NCBI GenBank assembly: GCA_951406725.2
Contig: OX597815.1
Coordinates: 181,660,001 to 181,724,000, forward strand
Length of the DNA: 64,000 nucleotides
Direction of reading: 5' to 3'
Source of the DNA: Octopus vulgaris
Lineage: Eukaryota
Under the pieces are notes generated by a model. It was not told where the DNA came from. It saw only the letters and a list, made by a program, of their open reading frames with translations, and ran no database searches. Made by a program: the position numbers and the translations under genes. Each line of letters starts with the position of its first letter. Position 1 is the first letter of the stretch. Below are positions 26,405 through 38,889 of the stretch, piece after piece.

Positions 26405-26640
26405 ATTATCATCATCATCATCATTTAAAATCCATTTTCCATGCTGGCATGGGTTGGATGGTTTAACCAGAGCTGGCAAGCCAGAGACCTGTCCTAGATT
26501 CCAGTCTGATTTGGCAAGGTTTCTATGGCTGGATGCCCTTCCTAATGCCTTTAATGTGGCACTGTACAAGTACTTGTACGTGGCACCAGCATGAGTGCTT
26601 TTCACATAGCACCAGCATAAGCATCTTGGGGTTAGTAGCA
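26405..26640 (-). mobile_element. RTE LINE 3' end
   Basis: (CAT)n plus consensus. Confidence 0.7.
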
Positions 26641-27005
26641 TAAGCATAAGCGTCGTGCAGACTAAACGTTGTGTTAACTACAAACAAGATGAGGGCAAAT
26701 ATCCGCCAAATGTAAATAATGAACTGGTACTTATTTTATCCACCCTGGAAGGATTAAAGACAAAGTCAACCATGACAGCATTTGAACTCAGAACATAAAG
26801 ACAAAAAAATGCCGCTAAGCATTTCGCCTGGCATTGTAATGATTCTGCCAGCTTTGCACCTTACGTTTCACAAATATTGATTCGCAGAATCATGATGCTC
26901 ACTTAGGCAAATGTATTTTGCACATTATAAAATTTTGTGTTTTGAATTGATATCAAAAACCATGCTAATAAATCTAGTGTTTTCTGTTTGAATCTTCATA
27001 ATTAT

Positions 27006-27348
27006 AATAAATCTCTGAGCGAGACGTAAACAGTAACCGCTCGACAATGTAAAGTATAATAGCCATCTCAATAAGGAAGTTACTAGAAAAACACTTAAAT
27101 ATTTGCATACAAGGTCTTCCTTTTCATCATAAACCGGTGATTACCGCCTGTTGGCAAGAGGCAACAACCTCGAAACTGTGGTCCGTGCATATCACTTAGG
27201 CTTACGAGAAAGGGATGACCTCCCTTTGCAAATACCATAAGGGCACAGATAGTGTGCCTAAAGCCAGCTGGAGACGATGATCTCCTGGGGCTAAAAGCTG
27301 CAGTAACACCCACCCTTTGTGGTTAGCCATATTGAGATGGCAAGTATA
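27006..27348. mobile_element. Inverted-arm element (PLE-like), same family as 54976-55249
   Basis: Arms AAGTATA.TAGCCATCTCAATA / TATTGAGATGGC.AGTATACT; 12-bp flanking direct repeat CTTCATAATTAT. Confidence 0.65.
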
Positions 27349-27371
27349 CTTCATAATTATGTTATTGGAGA

Positions 27372-28068
27372 AAGGCAGTGAGCTGGCTGAAATGTTAGCA
27401 CGCCGGGCGAAATGCTTAGCGGTATTTCATCTGCTGTTACGTTCTGAGTTCAAATTCCGCCGAGGTCGACTTTTCCTTTCATCCTTTCGGGGTCGATAAA
27501 TTAAGTACCAGTTACGCACTGGGGTCGATGTAATCGACTTAATACCTATGTCTGTCCTTGTTTGTCCCCTCTATGTTTAGCCCCTTGTGGGTAATAAAGA
27601 AATAGGTATTTCATCTGTCTTTATGTTCTAAGTTCAAATTCTGTTGAGGTCAACTTTGCCTTTCAACCTTTCAGGGTCGATAAATTAAGTACCAGTTGTG
27701 TACTGAGGTTGATCTAATCAACAGGCCCTCCCTCCCCCAAAATTTCAGGCCTTGTGCTTAGAGTAGAAAAGATTATAGTAAGGCGGTAAGCTGGCAAAAA
27801 CGTTAACATGCCGGGCAAAATGCTTAGTGGTATTTCATCTGTACTCTTTACTCTCTCTCTTTTACTTGTTTCAGTCATTTGACTGCGGCCATGCTGGAAC
27901 ACTACCTTTAATCGAGCAACTCGACCACGGGACTTATTCTTTTGTAACCCCAGTACTTATTCTATCGGTCTCTTTTGCCGAACCGCTAAGTAACGGGGGA
28001 CATAAACACACCAGCATCAGTTGTCAAGCAATGCTAGGGGGACGAACACAGACACACAAACACACACA

Positions 28069-28113
<45 letters not shown>

Positions 28114-28430
28114 GACAGGCTTCTTTCAGTTTCCGTCTACCAAATCCACTCACAAGGCTTTGGTTGGCCCGAGGCTATAAGAGAAGACACTTGCCCAAGG
28201 TGCCACGTAGTGGGACTGAACCTGGAACCATGTGGTTGGTAAGCAAGCTACTTACCACACAGTCACTCCTGCGCCTGTGTTTATGTTCTGAGTTCAAATT
28301 CTGCTGAGGTCAACTTTGCCTTTCATCCTTTCAGTGTTGACTAAGTACCAGTTGCATACTGGGGTTGATCTAATCGACTGCCCCTACTCCCTCCGCCAAA
28401 ATTTCAGGCCTTGTTCCTAAAGTAGAAAAG
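27372..28430. mobile_element. Cluster of Meta-type SINEs (+) with a CORE-type SINE (-, about 27858-28275) nested inside
   Basis: The Meta head at about 27780-27840 resumes at about 28278 after the inserted SINE. Confidence 0.8.
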
Positions 28431-28494
28431 AATTATGTTATTGGAGAGAGAGCTTTTAACTGCTTTCAGATAGCATTCAAAATAAACTAATTAT

Positions 28495-28900
28495 AGGTGT
28501 TCCTGTGTGGTAAGAAGCTTGCTTCCCTACCACTTGGTTCTGGGTTCAGTCCCATTGCATGGCAACTTCGGTAAGTGTCTTCCACTATAGTCTCAGGCCA
28601 ATCAAAGTTTTATGAGTTGATTTGGTAGACGAAAACTGAAAGAAGCCCATTGTTTTATATATGTGTATGTTGTCCGCATGTCTTTGTGTTTGTGTTTGTT
28701 CCCCATCACCGCATGGTACCCGGTGTTGGTGTGTTTATGTCCCTGTAACTTAGTAATTCTGCAAATGAGATTGATAGAATAAATATCAGATTTTAAAAAA
28801 AATAGAAAAATAATAGGTAACTAGTGTCAATTCAATAGATTAAAAAATTCTTCAAGGTGGTGCCCCAGCATGGCCGCAGTCTAGTGACTGAAACAAGCAA
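28495..28900 (+). mobile_element. CORE-type tRNA SINE
   Basis: Family consensus. Confidence 0.75.
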
Positions 28901-29638
28901 CCGGTAAATGATAAATCAAAGTATTTTATGAACAACCATGATTTTTAATGTTGCCTGCATTGAAAGCGTCAACAGATTTTTCCACTGTCACTGGCAGGTA
29001 TTTTCTGACAATAGAAGTGTTTATAAAATTGCATTAAAAAAAAAAACACATCGGCATAGAAACAATAAAAAATTCTTTACTTCTATAGAAAATTAAGAAG
29101 CCTAATTCAGGAAGATCATTTAAGTATAAGCATTTTTGTATGGTCATACAAGAACATTGATAAATTTAACAAACAAGCAAAACTCAATCTAAATTATGCT
29201 AATTATAACTGAATTTAATCCAATAAACAGTCTGAACAATATAAATAGCAACTCAAAGAAGTTTTTTTTTGTTTTTTTTATATTCAGCTCGGACCAGTCT
29301 GGGAATGAAATGAGCTGACTTTCACCAATAAATACTATTCTAATTGTTACAGTGATTTTAATTATTAAGCATATAGTCAATTATCTTTAATTACCCGTCT
29401 TTCAGTTGAAACTTTGCGGAATTATAAAAACATCTCAGAAGTTGGTTTAATATGTTTTAAAATAGAATTAATAATTATTTCAAGCCTGGGAGCAATCAAA
29501 ACACAAAACCTCATTTATGGTAATTATAACTACAACTAAATTCTTTTGCAATAGGTTACAAAGGGACATTGTCATTTTTTTTTCCTCTTTTTCTTTTAGA
29601 TTATACAGTGACATGTGAGCTTTATGATTTAATACAGG

Positions 29639-30425
29639 CACAGGCATAGCTGTGCGGTAAGAAGCTTGCTTCCAAACCACATAGTTCTGGGTTCGGTGCC
29701 GCAATATGGCACCTTGGACAAATGCTTTCTACTATAGTGTCAGGCTGATCAAAGCTTGTGAGTGGATTTGGTAGACAGAAACTAAAAGCAACTAAAGGTG
29801 GCGAGCTGGCAGAAACGTTAGCAGGTCGGACGGAATGCTTAGCAGTATTTCGTCTGTCGTTACGTTCTGAGTTCAAATTCCGCCGAGGTCGACTTTCCTT
29901 GTCATCCTTTCAGGGTCAATAAATTAAGTACCAGTTAGGCACTGGGGTCGATGTAATCGATTTAATCCATTTGTCTGTCCTTGTTTGTCCCCTCTGTGTT
30001 TAGCCCCTTGTGGGTAGTAAAGAAATAGGTATTTCGTCTGCTGTTATGTTCTGAGTTCAAATTCCGCCGAGGTTGACTTTGCCTGTCATACTTTCAGGGT
30101 CAATAAATTAAGAACCAGTTAGGCACTGGGGTTGATGTAATCGATTTAATCCATTTGTCTGTCCTTGTTTGTCCACTCTGTGTTTAGCCCCTCGTGGGCT
30201 AAATAAGAAAAAAGAAACTAAAAGCAACCTATCATGTGCATGCGTGTGTGTGTATGTCTATGTTTGCTTCCACCACCACCACCACTACCAGTGCTTGACA
30301 ACTGGTGTTGGTGTGTTAACAGCCCTTTAACTTAGCAGTTCAGCAAAATGGATTGATAGAATAAGTACCAGGCTTAAAAAAAAATTCTGGGGTTGATTCA
30401 TTTTGTAACAGCTTTTTCAAGGCGA
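29639..30425 (+). mobile_element. CORE-type SINE interrupted by a duplicated Meta-type SINE (about 29796-30200)
   Basis: GAAACTAAAAGCAAC repeated on both sides of the insert. Confidence 0.8.
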
Positions 30426-30449
30426 GTGTAAGCTTGCACCAAGTGTAAG

Positions 30450-30766
30450 CTTGCACCAAGTGTAAGCTATGGACACATAAGAGGTGCAGCAATGTCAAAG
30501 GAAGGCTAACTCGGAAGATAGTTTTTGTATGTGGCAGATGCTCAGGAGCAATAAACACTGAAAATACGCAGAGACCATCTTCCGCCACATTCCAGGGAGA
30601 AAAACTAGAAATAGTTGATAGCTTCCGTTACCTAGGTGACCAAGTCAGTAGTGGGGGCGGGTGTGCTGAAAGTGTAACTGCTAGAGTAAGAATAGCTTGG
30701 GCAAAGTTCGGAGAGCTCTTACCTCTGCTGGTGACAAAAGGCCTCTCGTTCAGAGTAAAAGGCAGA
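30450..30766 (+). pseudogene. RTE RT fragment with an embedded PHD-like zinc finger
   Basis: Translates CTKCKLWTHKRC..FVCGRC..LEIVDSFRYLGD..ARVRIAWAKF.ELLPLLVTKGLS; overlaps the 58377 ORF at TKGLS.RVKGR. Confidence 0.85.
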
Positions 30767-31298
30767 CACAGCTAGAAAAAAATCCCATTTTCCGTAGCGG
30801 TGTCGTATGAAATTATCACCCATAATTATAACCCTAGTATTGATCTATTGCATTTCAATCTATTTTAGATTTAGGGTTAGAGTTAGGGTTAGTTAGGGTT
30901 AGGGTTAGGGGTGGGGGAAGGGTATCTTTTTTTCTTCGCAAATGTGAATAAACCCAATCTGTTTCTTAAACGAGGGACATATTCATACAGCACTGAATGC
31001 TGTTTACCTAAATGGCGGTCAGCGATTGGTTAGAATTGCCGAAATGCTTGAAATTAAAGTGGAAATATGTTACAACATATAGAATTTTCTCAATAAAACC
31101 AAGAAAAAATGATAGAGGCAATTGATTGGTTAAAATTCGAAAAATTAAACTACGTTAAATTTACAAATTATAATTTTCTCAAGAAAGCCAAGAGAAAAAA
31201 ATGTTTTATTTTGACACATTCTACCAGTATACGAAGTTTAAAAGTGTTTAGTTAACTAGAAATTGTGTTGACATGTGCCGTTCAAAAGAAAAAGATCT
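30765..31298. mobile_element. Half copy of the TTAGGG-containing foldback element
   Basis: Matches one arm plus the centre of 43055-43848; ends TTCAAAAG.AAAAGATC. Confidence 0.75.
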
Positions 31299-31299
31299 G

Positions 31300-32300
31300 A
31301 AAAGAGTTAGCGTTGAGAATTACTTTGCCAACTCTTCATTCTGAAAAACCACCTGTACGTGGGCGAACTTGTTCGACCAAGTCACATACTCCTTGTATCC
31401 CCAGATGGGGCATAGGCACTTTTCTATTTTGTCCGTGCTTGATTTTTCTGGACTTTTAGTTGTGTTGTTTGTTATTTTATAAATAATCGTTTTCTTTTTT
31501 CCTCATTCAGTATGTGTTGTGGTATGTGTAATTGTATTTTGCCGTTTTCTTTGGTGATTAGGGCTCTGGAGTCTTTTATCTACTGTGCAGTAAACGATAC
31601 TCTTGTTATTTTTTCTTTTATCGCCTCGGCGAAGTTTGTTGTTATTTTGTTATTGTTGTTACTGCCGGTGGTGTTGGTGTTGATGGCAGGGGTGTGGGTT
31701 GTGGGTATATTAGGTTTGTGGTTGCTGATTATGCAACTAGCAAGGGGTGGAAAATTGTCTGCGTAATTTGGTCCTGCATTAGCACAAAATTCGGTACCTT
31801 GTTTGATTGTCGCTGTTATTTTTTTCTCACCTTCACTTGTTGGTGATGGAGTGAACAGTGGCTAAAGGGAATTGTTGTTGTTGTTGTTGTTGTTGTTATT
31901 GTCGTTCTTGGTGGACGGCGGTGGTATTAGTAGCAAGGGAGGCATTGACAGCACGGTCTTTGGTGGCGGTGATGTTGGTATTGTTATTGTTGTTGATAGT
32001 GGTGTCGTTAGCAGAGATAGCAGTTGTAGTAGCAGATGCTGCCATGGTGGTGGTGTCGGTGTTGATGGTGGAATCATTGATGGCGGTGACGGTGCTTGGC
32101 CTTGCGACCTTTGTTTTGTATTTGTTGCTGTTGTCGATGCTGATGGTGGTGGTGTAAGTAGTGTTCACACAGTCAAGTTCAGTGCATGGTGACAGGGGAA
32201 CCTGTTTTTTTGTTTTGGCGTCACGCTTCAGTTGCGCCTCAGCCTCGTGGTGACCAGTAGCCATTTTTGAAAATAAAATGGCTAAAATACAACACGAGAT
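31300..32300 (-). pseudogene. LINE ORF1-like remnant (L1/Tx1-like, tentative)
   Basis: ATG at 32264, Thr/Asn-rich N-terminus, then FAEAIK.. and KFAHVQVVFQNEELAK (RRM-like) with stops and frameshifts. Confidence 0.5.
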
Positions 32301-32496
32301 CTATGAGAATTTTTAAAATTTTGCCCACAAAGGGCAAAATTTTGTGTAGATATTAGTCAAGGTTTGCAGTGGATATTGTTGCACAACTTTTAAACACAAA
32401 ATATTTGACAATAAACACTTATGAACGTACAAAATGACCAACTTACTTGGAGCCCATTTGACTTGCGTCTGTCTGTCCAGATAGATAGATAGATAC

Positions 32497-32692
32497 AAGG
32501 CCTGAAATTTTTGGGTAGTAAGCCAGTTGATGAGTTCGAGCCCAGTACACTACTGGTACTAAATTTATCAACCCCGAAAGGACAAAAGGCAAAGTCGACT
32601 TGGGTGGAATTTGAACTCAGAACGTAAAGACAGATAAAATACCACTAAGCATTTTGCCCAGCATGCTAACGTTTCCGCTATCTCGCTGCCTT
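32497..32692 (-). mobile_element. Meta-domain-type SINE
   Basis: Reverse-complement consensus. Confidence 0.75.
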
Positions 32693-32844
32693 AGTAAACT
32701 GTAATATTGTCTGAAAAATCCAGAATGAACCCAGAGACTAAGGAAATTTGGTGAAGATTTGATAGAATAATATCGGCAAAATGGTTTCGAATTCAATATG
32801 AGATCAAGTATATTTAGCTCATTTATTTCTTTTGCCTTTGTGTA

Positions 32845-33418
32845 TGGGGGGGGGGGGGGAGTTCCTGGCTTTAAGAGTATTGTGAAAGGGCTGACTGGAG
32901 GCCTAACCTTCTGAGTTCTTTTACAGAGTTAAGAAAAACTGAAAGACCACTGCAGCAAGTGTGTGAATCTGAGAGAAGAATACATCATCATCAACATCAT
33001 AATTGTTTAACGTCTGTTTTTCCATGCTGGCATGGGTTGGATGGTTTTACTGAGGACTGGCAAGCCAGAAGGTTGCACCAGGCTCCAATCTGATCTGGCA
33101 ATGTTTCTACAGGTAGATGTCCTTCCTAACGCCAACCACTCTGAGAGTGTAGTTGGTGCTTTCTACATGCCACCACAGTCAGGCGGCACTGGTATAAGCC
33201 ACGTTCAGATGGTGCATTTTATGTGCTACCAGCTCAGAGAGCCAGTCAGATGGCACTGGTAACGACCTACTCATGAATGGTGCTTATTGCATGCCAGCAG
33301 CATGGGAACCAGTCAGGTGGCACTGGCATCGGCCACAACTACGTTGAATCCAACCACAATTAACCGATCCTCCTGTATTTTCTCTTACCCAAAGCCAGGA
33401 ACTTTCAGCACCCTTCAG
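32845..33418. mobile_element. Mariner-derived MITE with an RTE tail inserted at about 32985-33342
   Basis: AGTTCCTGGCTTT / AAAGCCAGGAACT inverted ends, TA flanks; mariner C-terminal KCV..RGEY-like sequence split by the insert. Confidence 0.65.
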
Positions 33419-33496
33419 TATGTTTTCCAAATTAAGCATTTTTATATACTTCTTTATTTAGTTTAAGAAGTCCCTTACTTTGAAAAGCTTATTATT

Positions 33497-33900
33497 ACTC
33501 TTTATTCTTTTACTTGTTTCAGTCATTTGACTGCAGCCATGCTGGAGCACTGCCTTTAGTCGAGCAAATCGACCCCAGGACTTATTCTTTGTAAGCCTGG
33601 TACTTATTATATCGGTTTCTTTTTACCAAACTGCTAAGTTACAGGGAGGTAAACACACCAGCATCGGTTGTCAAGCGATGTTGGGGGGGGGGGGGGACAA
33701 ACACAGACACACAAACATATACATGTATATACATATACGACGAGCTTCTTCCAATTTCCGTCTACCAAATCCACTCACAAGGCTTTGGTCGGCCCGAGGC
33801 TGTAGTAGAAAATACTTGCCGAAGGTGCCACGCAGTGGGACTGAACCCGGAACCATGTGGTTGGTAAGCAAGCTACTTACCACACAGCCACTCCTGTGCC
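33497..33900 (-). mobile_element. CORE-type tRNA SINE
   Basis: Full consensus. Confidence 0.85.
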
Positions 33901-34496
33901 TATTACTTTGAAAGAATTTAAAAAAACATTACTATTTTCTACTTGTCATTGCATATACTTTTCTAAATTGTTAATTTACTTTAAATGAAGACATATACAT
34001 CAGAATGAAATGTAATGTAGTTTTCAGATCTCATTTTCTAAGTTCTTCCAAAAGATATTCACTTCAACTAGCAGAAATCTATTTATCTCTCAGAAATCAT
34101 CCTGTTTATCAAATTCAATTTTAATAAGCTATGTACTGTTAATTTCAAATTACATATTGAGAACGAGATAGGGTGTTTGCAGATTTTCTGTTGCTGCTGA
34201 CTGATTTTATGTCACGAGTTTCTCTTTGAAGTCGATGTTTAAGATAACCTTTAACATTTTATGACAATTCCAATACTATACAATATTTCAAATATTTTGG
34301 ATATTTGATAGTTGTCTCAAATTGATTTTATGCTTAGATGTTGGATTTCAAGCCATAAGTTCCATATGTAGCTGAATATTGATTACTATATTTATCAACT
34401 AGATGGATATTAGATATTTCATTTTATTCCTTGTGTATTATTATAGCCAAAGTAATACCAGAATTTATATCAGTGATTGTAATTCATAAAATTATG

Positions 34497-34531
<35 letters not shown>

Positions 34532-34644
34532 CACATTTTTAATGTTGGTAACTAATCACTTACATAGACATTAAAACTGATGAGCTGTAGTTATAACCGT
34601 TACTTTCTTGTACTTTATTTTCTTTGAGGAGTGCCAATACAGAT

Positions 34645-35325
34645 GCTGGCATGGTTGTGTGGTAAGAAGTTCGCTTCCCAATCACCTAGTTCTTGGTTCA
34701 GTCCCACTGCATGGCACTCAGTGTCTTCCACTCAGGTTGACCAAAGTCTTGTGAGTGGATTTGTTAGAGAGAAACTGAAAGCTCATTTTATATATATATA
34801 TATATATATCATCATCATCATCATTGTTTAACATCCGTTTTCCATGCTAGCATGGGTTCGACGATTTGACTGAGGTCTGGCAAACCAGACTCCAATCTGA
34901 TCTGGCAGTTTCTACAGCTGGATGCCCTTCCTAATGCCAACTACTCCGAGAGTGTAGTGGATGCTTTTACGTGCCACCGGCACAAGGGCCAGTTAGGTGG
35001 TACTGGTAATGGTCATGCTCAAATGGTGCTTTTTATGTGCCAGTCCAGCGACACTGGCAATGATATATATATATATATATATATATGCATGTGTGTGTAT
35101 TTATTTACATTATGAAGTGTGTATGTGTTTGTTGGTGCCCATGATTGCCTCCTACCATTGTTTGACAATTGGTGTTTGTTTGTTTATGTCCTTGTAACAT
35201 AGTGGCTTAGCAAAAAGAGACAGAGATAAGTACCAGGCTTTAAAGAGTAAGTCCTGAGGCTGATTTGTTTGACTAAAATTCTTCCGGGTTGTGCCCCAGC
35301 ATAACCTTGTCTAATGACTGAAAAA
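34645..35325 (+). mobile_element. CORE-type SINE with an RTE tail (-, about 34809-35060) inside its (TA)n
   Basis: Head and tail of the SINE flank the RTE consensus. Confidence 0.7.
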
Positions 35326-36319
35326 ACATTTAGAAGATGATCAATTGATGCATATTACTTTCCTATATTTAATGTTTGTAAAACTCATAAAGAGCGTATA
35401 CTCTTACTTATTTCCTAAATCATTAGATTACATCACTACACCTGTATTTGATAGGTTCACCAGCTTTTGACAAAATTTGCTTTAATTTACTTTAATTATA
35501 TAACTTGGAGCTTCAGCCTGCACAGCTTCTACAACAGACACTGATTTGAAAAGGAAAAAAAAGTTATGAAGCCCATTGTTTACTCCTACATGGTGCATTT
35601 AAAACAACAAGCTTCTATTAGAAATAACAACTGCTAAACAGAAAACATCTTCTAATGAAAGCACTTCAAGAACCATTGAAATAAAATTAAATCAATAATG
35701 AAGCTTGGTTAGATGCTCACACGAGATACAGGCAGAGCCTCACATATCACACACACACACACTCCTAGTTTGATTTACTTGCACCCATACACACAGAATT
35801 AGCTAGATTGAATTGGATTTCTAAGGCAATTAAATGGTGTGTGAAGTCAAAAAGCTGTGGAACTAAAAAGACGTAAAAATCAGAAAGAATATGAACAAAG
35901 TCCTTTATTTTAATCAACTGGTGCATCTTTTAATAGGAAGAATTTCCAGGAAATATAAAGGAGAGAATAAAGGCAGTGTAGTAAACTAGCTTCAGACAAT
36001 TAATAGAAAACAAAATTTCCAATATAATTTTATTTTTTCCTCTGCAGAAAGTTGCAGTGTTTACCGAATATTTATTTATTTATTTATTTTTGTTGTATTG
36101 TTCTGATTGAAAGAAACCTGATTTTATTTACTAATTTTGTTTTGGTTCTGTTTAATTATCTTGCTATGGTTATGATATATTTATAAGATTGTGAATATTC
36201 CAATTTTTTTTTTTCGCTCTGCTATTTTCATATCAACTTACTTCTGAAATATTTTCAATAAAATGCTTCATTAGCTTTTACTCAATTCTTTAAAATGTTT
36301 TTTCTTTTCTTTTTCTCCT

Positions 36320-37483
36320 CACTGGAAAAATGTTTTGATTGTTCAGAAAATGATATTCTTATTTCTAAGTTAATGCAAAGAAGACAAAATATGTTTCCAG
36401 TTCTCAGTAAACGAAAGAGTTTTGTCTATTCAAGACACACATTGTATAATACACAATAGATTTATAGGTTTAGTATACGTTACACATACTGACAAAATTC
36501 AATTGGATAATTTGACTACCATAAAATTCTGCTGAGCCATGTTTGTAACAGCTTGAGTTCAAGTCCTTGTAAAACCATCTCAGTATATGTAATATGTTTC
36601 ATTATAGTTAATCTATATATATAAAGCTTTATATAACCTTGGAGCAGTGTCTGATAAACATGGTGAATGATTTCACCAGGACATTAGCGCTATGGAGAAA
36701 TGGTGCCAAGGCTTCTGGAATGACGGTATGCTGGTTGACTACTGCTGGACACTTTACCATGATCAACCAGATCAGGAACACAGCAGGAAATCCAAATCAC
36801 AATGTTTGTAACGCTGTTGTTCTAACCTTGTCTGTTTTGTCTGAACCATTTTTTGTGTATTCACTCAATATGGAATAATAATGATGATTTTCCAACTCAA
36901 TAAACACATTTACTTTCTAAAAAATAATGTCCTTATTTATTACATAAATGATTTCATAAATAAGAATTTTTTGCGTAATAAGATAAAAAAAACCAAGGCT
37001 GTATAGATATTAGAGCATTTATAGATTGAAGGTCTTACAGCTGTTTCTAGGATATTTGTTAATAATATCCCTTCATCGGAGATGGTATGAGAGGAAAGCT
37101 AAGTCATAGATAGTTTAGATGTGATACAAAATAGAGAGTGAGGTGGAGGAAAGAAAATAGATGCAAGATATGTATGGGTATTGAAGTTGTAAATCCATTT
37201 TATAGGCATAATGGCATATATGCAATATTCCAATATCCTTTGAGTAAAATCCAAAAGTCCAAGAGAGTTTAATATGAGTCCTTCCAAATATAGAGTTTAT
37301 AAGCAATGTAAGATTCCCTTATGAGTGAGATCCAGCAGATTTTTAAACTTGGTCATTCCCACAAATATGTAAATATTTGCATTTATCTACTGAAAATCTG
37401 ATATGTGCTGCATACAAATGGAGTGAAAAATTAGTCTGCTTGCATAATGAGGATAATAATACATTGAATTTTGTTGACCAGTG
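36320..37483 (+). mobile_element. Chapaev3-like DNA transposon relic; transposase remnant 36635-36763
   Basis: NLGAVSDKHGE*FHQDISAMEKWCQGFWNDGMLVDYCWTL; ends CACTGG / CCAGTG; superfamily assignment is from memory. Confidence 0.55.
37032..37084 (-). ncRNA. Hammerhead-like motif (variant core CCGATGA) in a PLE fragment at about 36990-37330
   Basis: TCT-CCGATGA-AG-GGATATT..AATATCC-TA-GAAA-CAGCTG-TA-AGA. Confidence 0.6.
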
Positions 37484-37803
37484 GTATTCATTGTTCAGAT
37501 AAAGAGTTTATACTTATTCAGGCAATGACAGTGATTCAGATAATCAAACTGGTGAAAATTATGTGAAAAGCAGCAATTCAAATGAACAAATGTTGTAGTT
37601 GAGAGATAGGCCTATTACTGTTATTCTCTTGAATTTTTTCTTTGTATGATTTTGTCCATTACTTTACCTGCAATGAATAAATACAGAAAGGCCTATTATT
37701 GTTATACTCCTGAATTTTTTTTTTTTTTTTGTGATTCTGTCCATTAGTCTACCTACAATCATTACTCTTGAACTGTATATGCAACTATTTATTTTTTATA
37801 CTG

Positions 37804-37926
37804 TTTACATTATTTACATTTGATGGATATTTGTCCTCAACGTTTCGGCTAATATACCCTCCAGCCTTCATCGGGTGTCTTGGGGAAATTTCGAACCTGG
37901 GTTCTCGTTCCTAAGGTATATTTTGA

Positions 37927-37966
<40 letters not shown>

Positions 37967-38566
37967 TTATGTTTGACTTTAGCTTTACATTTGTACAAGT
38001 TGGCTCCAAGTCTCACCCAGAGACCTCAAGAGACAACAAGTTGGAATTCATGTTGGTGTTATGCCTAGGGTGTCATATATTTGGTTTTGTACTTAGTGTT
38101 GTTCTAGAGAATGTTTAAGAAAACATAAGAAAATTATGTTGCTTTTAAAACTTGAGATTACTTAGAAAGTATTTTGTGTAGGATATGAGCAGTTCCCATG
38201 AACACTATCTTTTGAATTTCTGCCATTTTGAGGTTTCCTGGTATCTGAGCTAGGTAGTAATCAGCTGCTTTTGCTATCATTCCCAGGGCACCTATGAAAA
38301 CAGCCATTGTTTTAGTCTTCAGGTTCCACATTTTGTTAATTTCTATTTCAAGATCTTTATGCTTGCTCAGTTTTTGGTAGGTTTGACAGATACGTTTATA
38401 TTGATTGGGACAGTCATATCAATGAGGAGGCACGATTTTGTTGTTGTCTCCAAAAAATTGTTATTATTATTATTATTATTATTAAGGTCACTGCCTGGAA
38501 TCGAACTCAGAATCTTGGGGTTAGTATCCCGTACTCTTAGCTACTACACCATAAGCCCGTGGGAAT
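37804..38566 (-). mobile_element. tRNA-(AAT)n-hammerhead copy split in its AAT tract by an R4/Dong-type LINE
   Basis: Hammerhead half at 37804-37960, tRNA half at 38461-38566. Confidence 0.8.
38158..38450 (-). pseudogene. R4/Dong-type RLE endonuclease C-terminus (3' UTR to about 37965)
   Basis: CLLIDMTVP..KLSKHKDLEIEINKMWNLKTKT..GALGMI..IQK..GTAHILHKILSK*, one frameshift. Confidence 0.85.
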
Positions 38567-38889
38567 TTTTTGTTTAGGATCTTCAGGTGAAGAGTAAAGT
38601 TAGGGGTCTAGATTAGAGAGGGTTAAAGAGCACATGATGCATTAGGAATTACTCAACTGCTTCTACTTATTTCCACATCTAAGAAGAGTTCAGTTGGTTA
38701 AACAGCCAAACGTTTTTCATTGTTACTCCTGGAGAATCCACCACCAGACAAACAGTAATAATAGTAATTGAACATGTATGATATCATAATTTATTGAAAT
38801 CTTATAAAATAAGGGAAGATTCATCATGAGGAAGTTTCAACAAATACATGTAAATATGACAGAACAATATTTGTTGAAAACAGATCGTT

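Noticed and set aside
27214-27252. SECIS-like ATGA...AAA...GA
   Set aside because: Helix II pairs only about 5 bp and no UGA-containing ORF is linked.
30868-30910. True telomere or chromosome fusion site
   Set aside because: Short degenerate tract inside a dispersed element with shared flanks.
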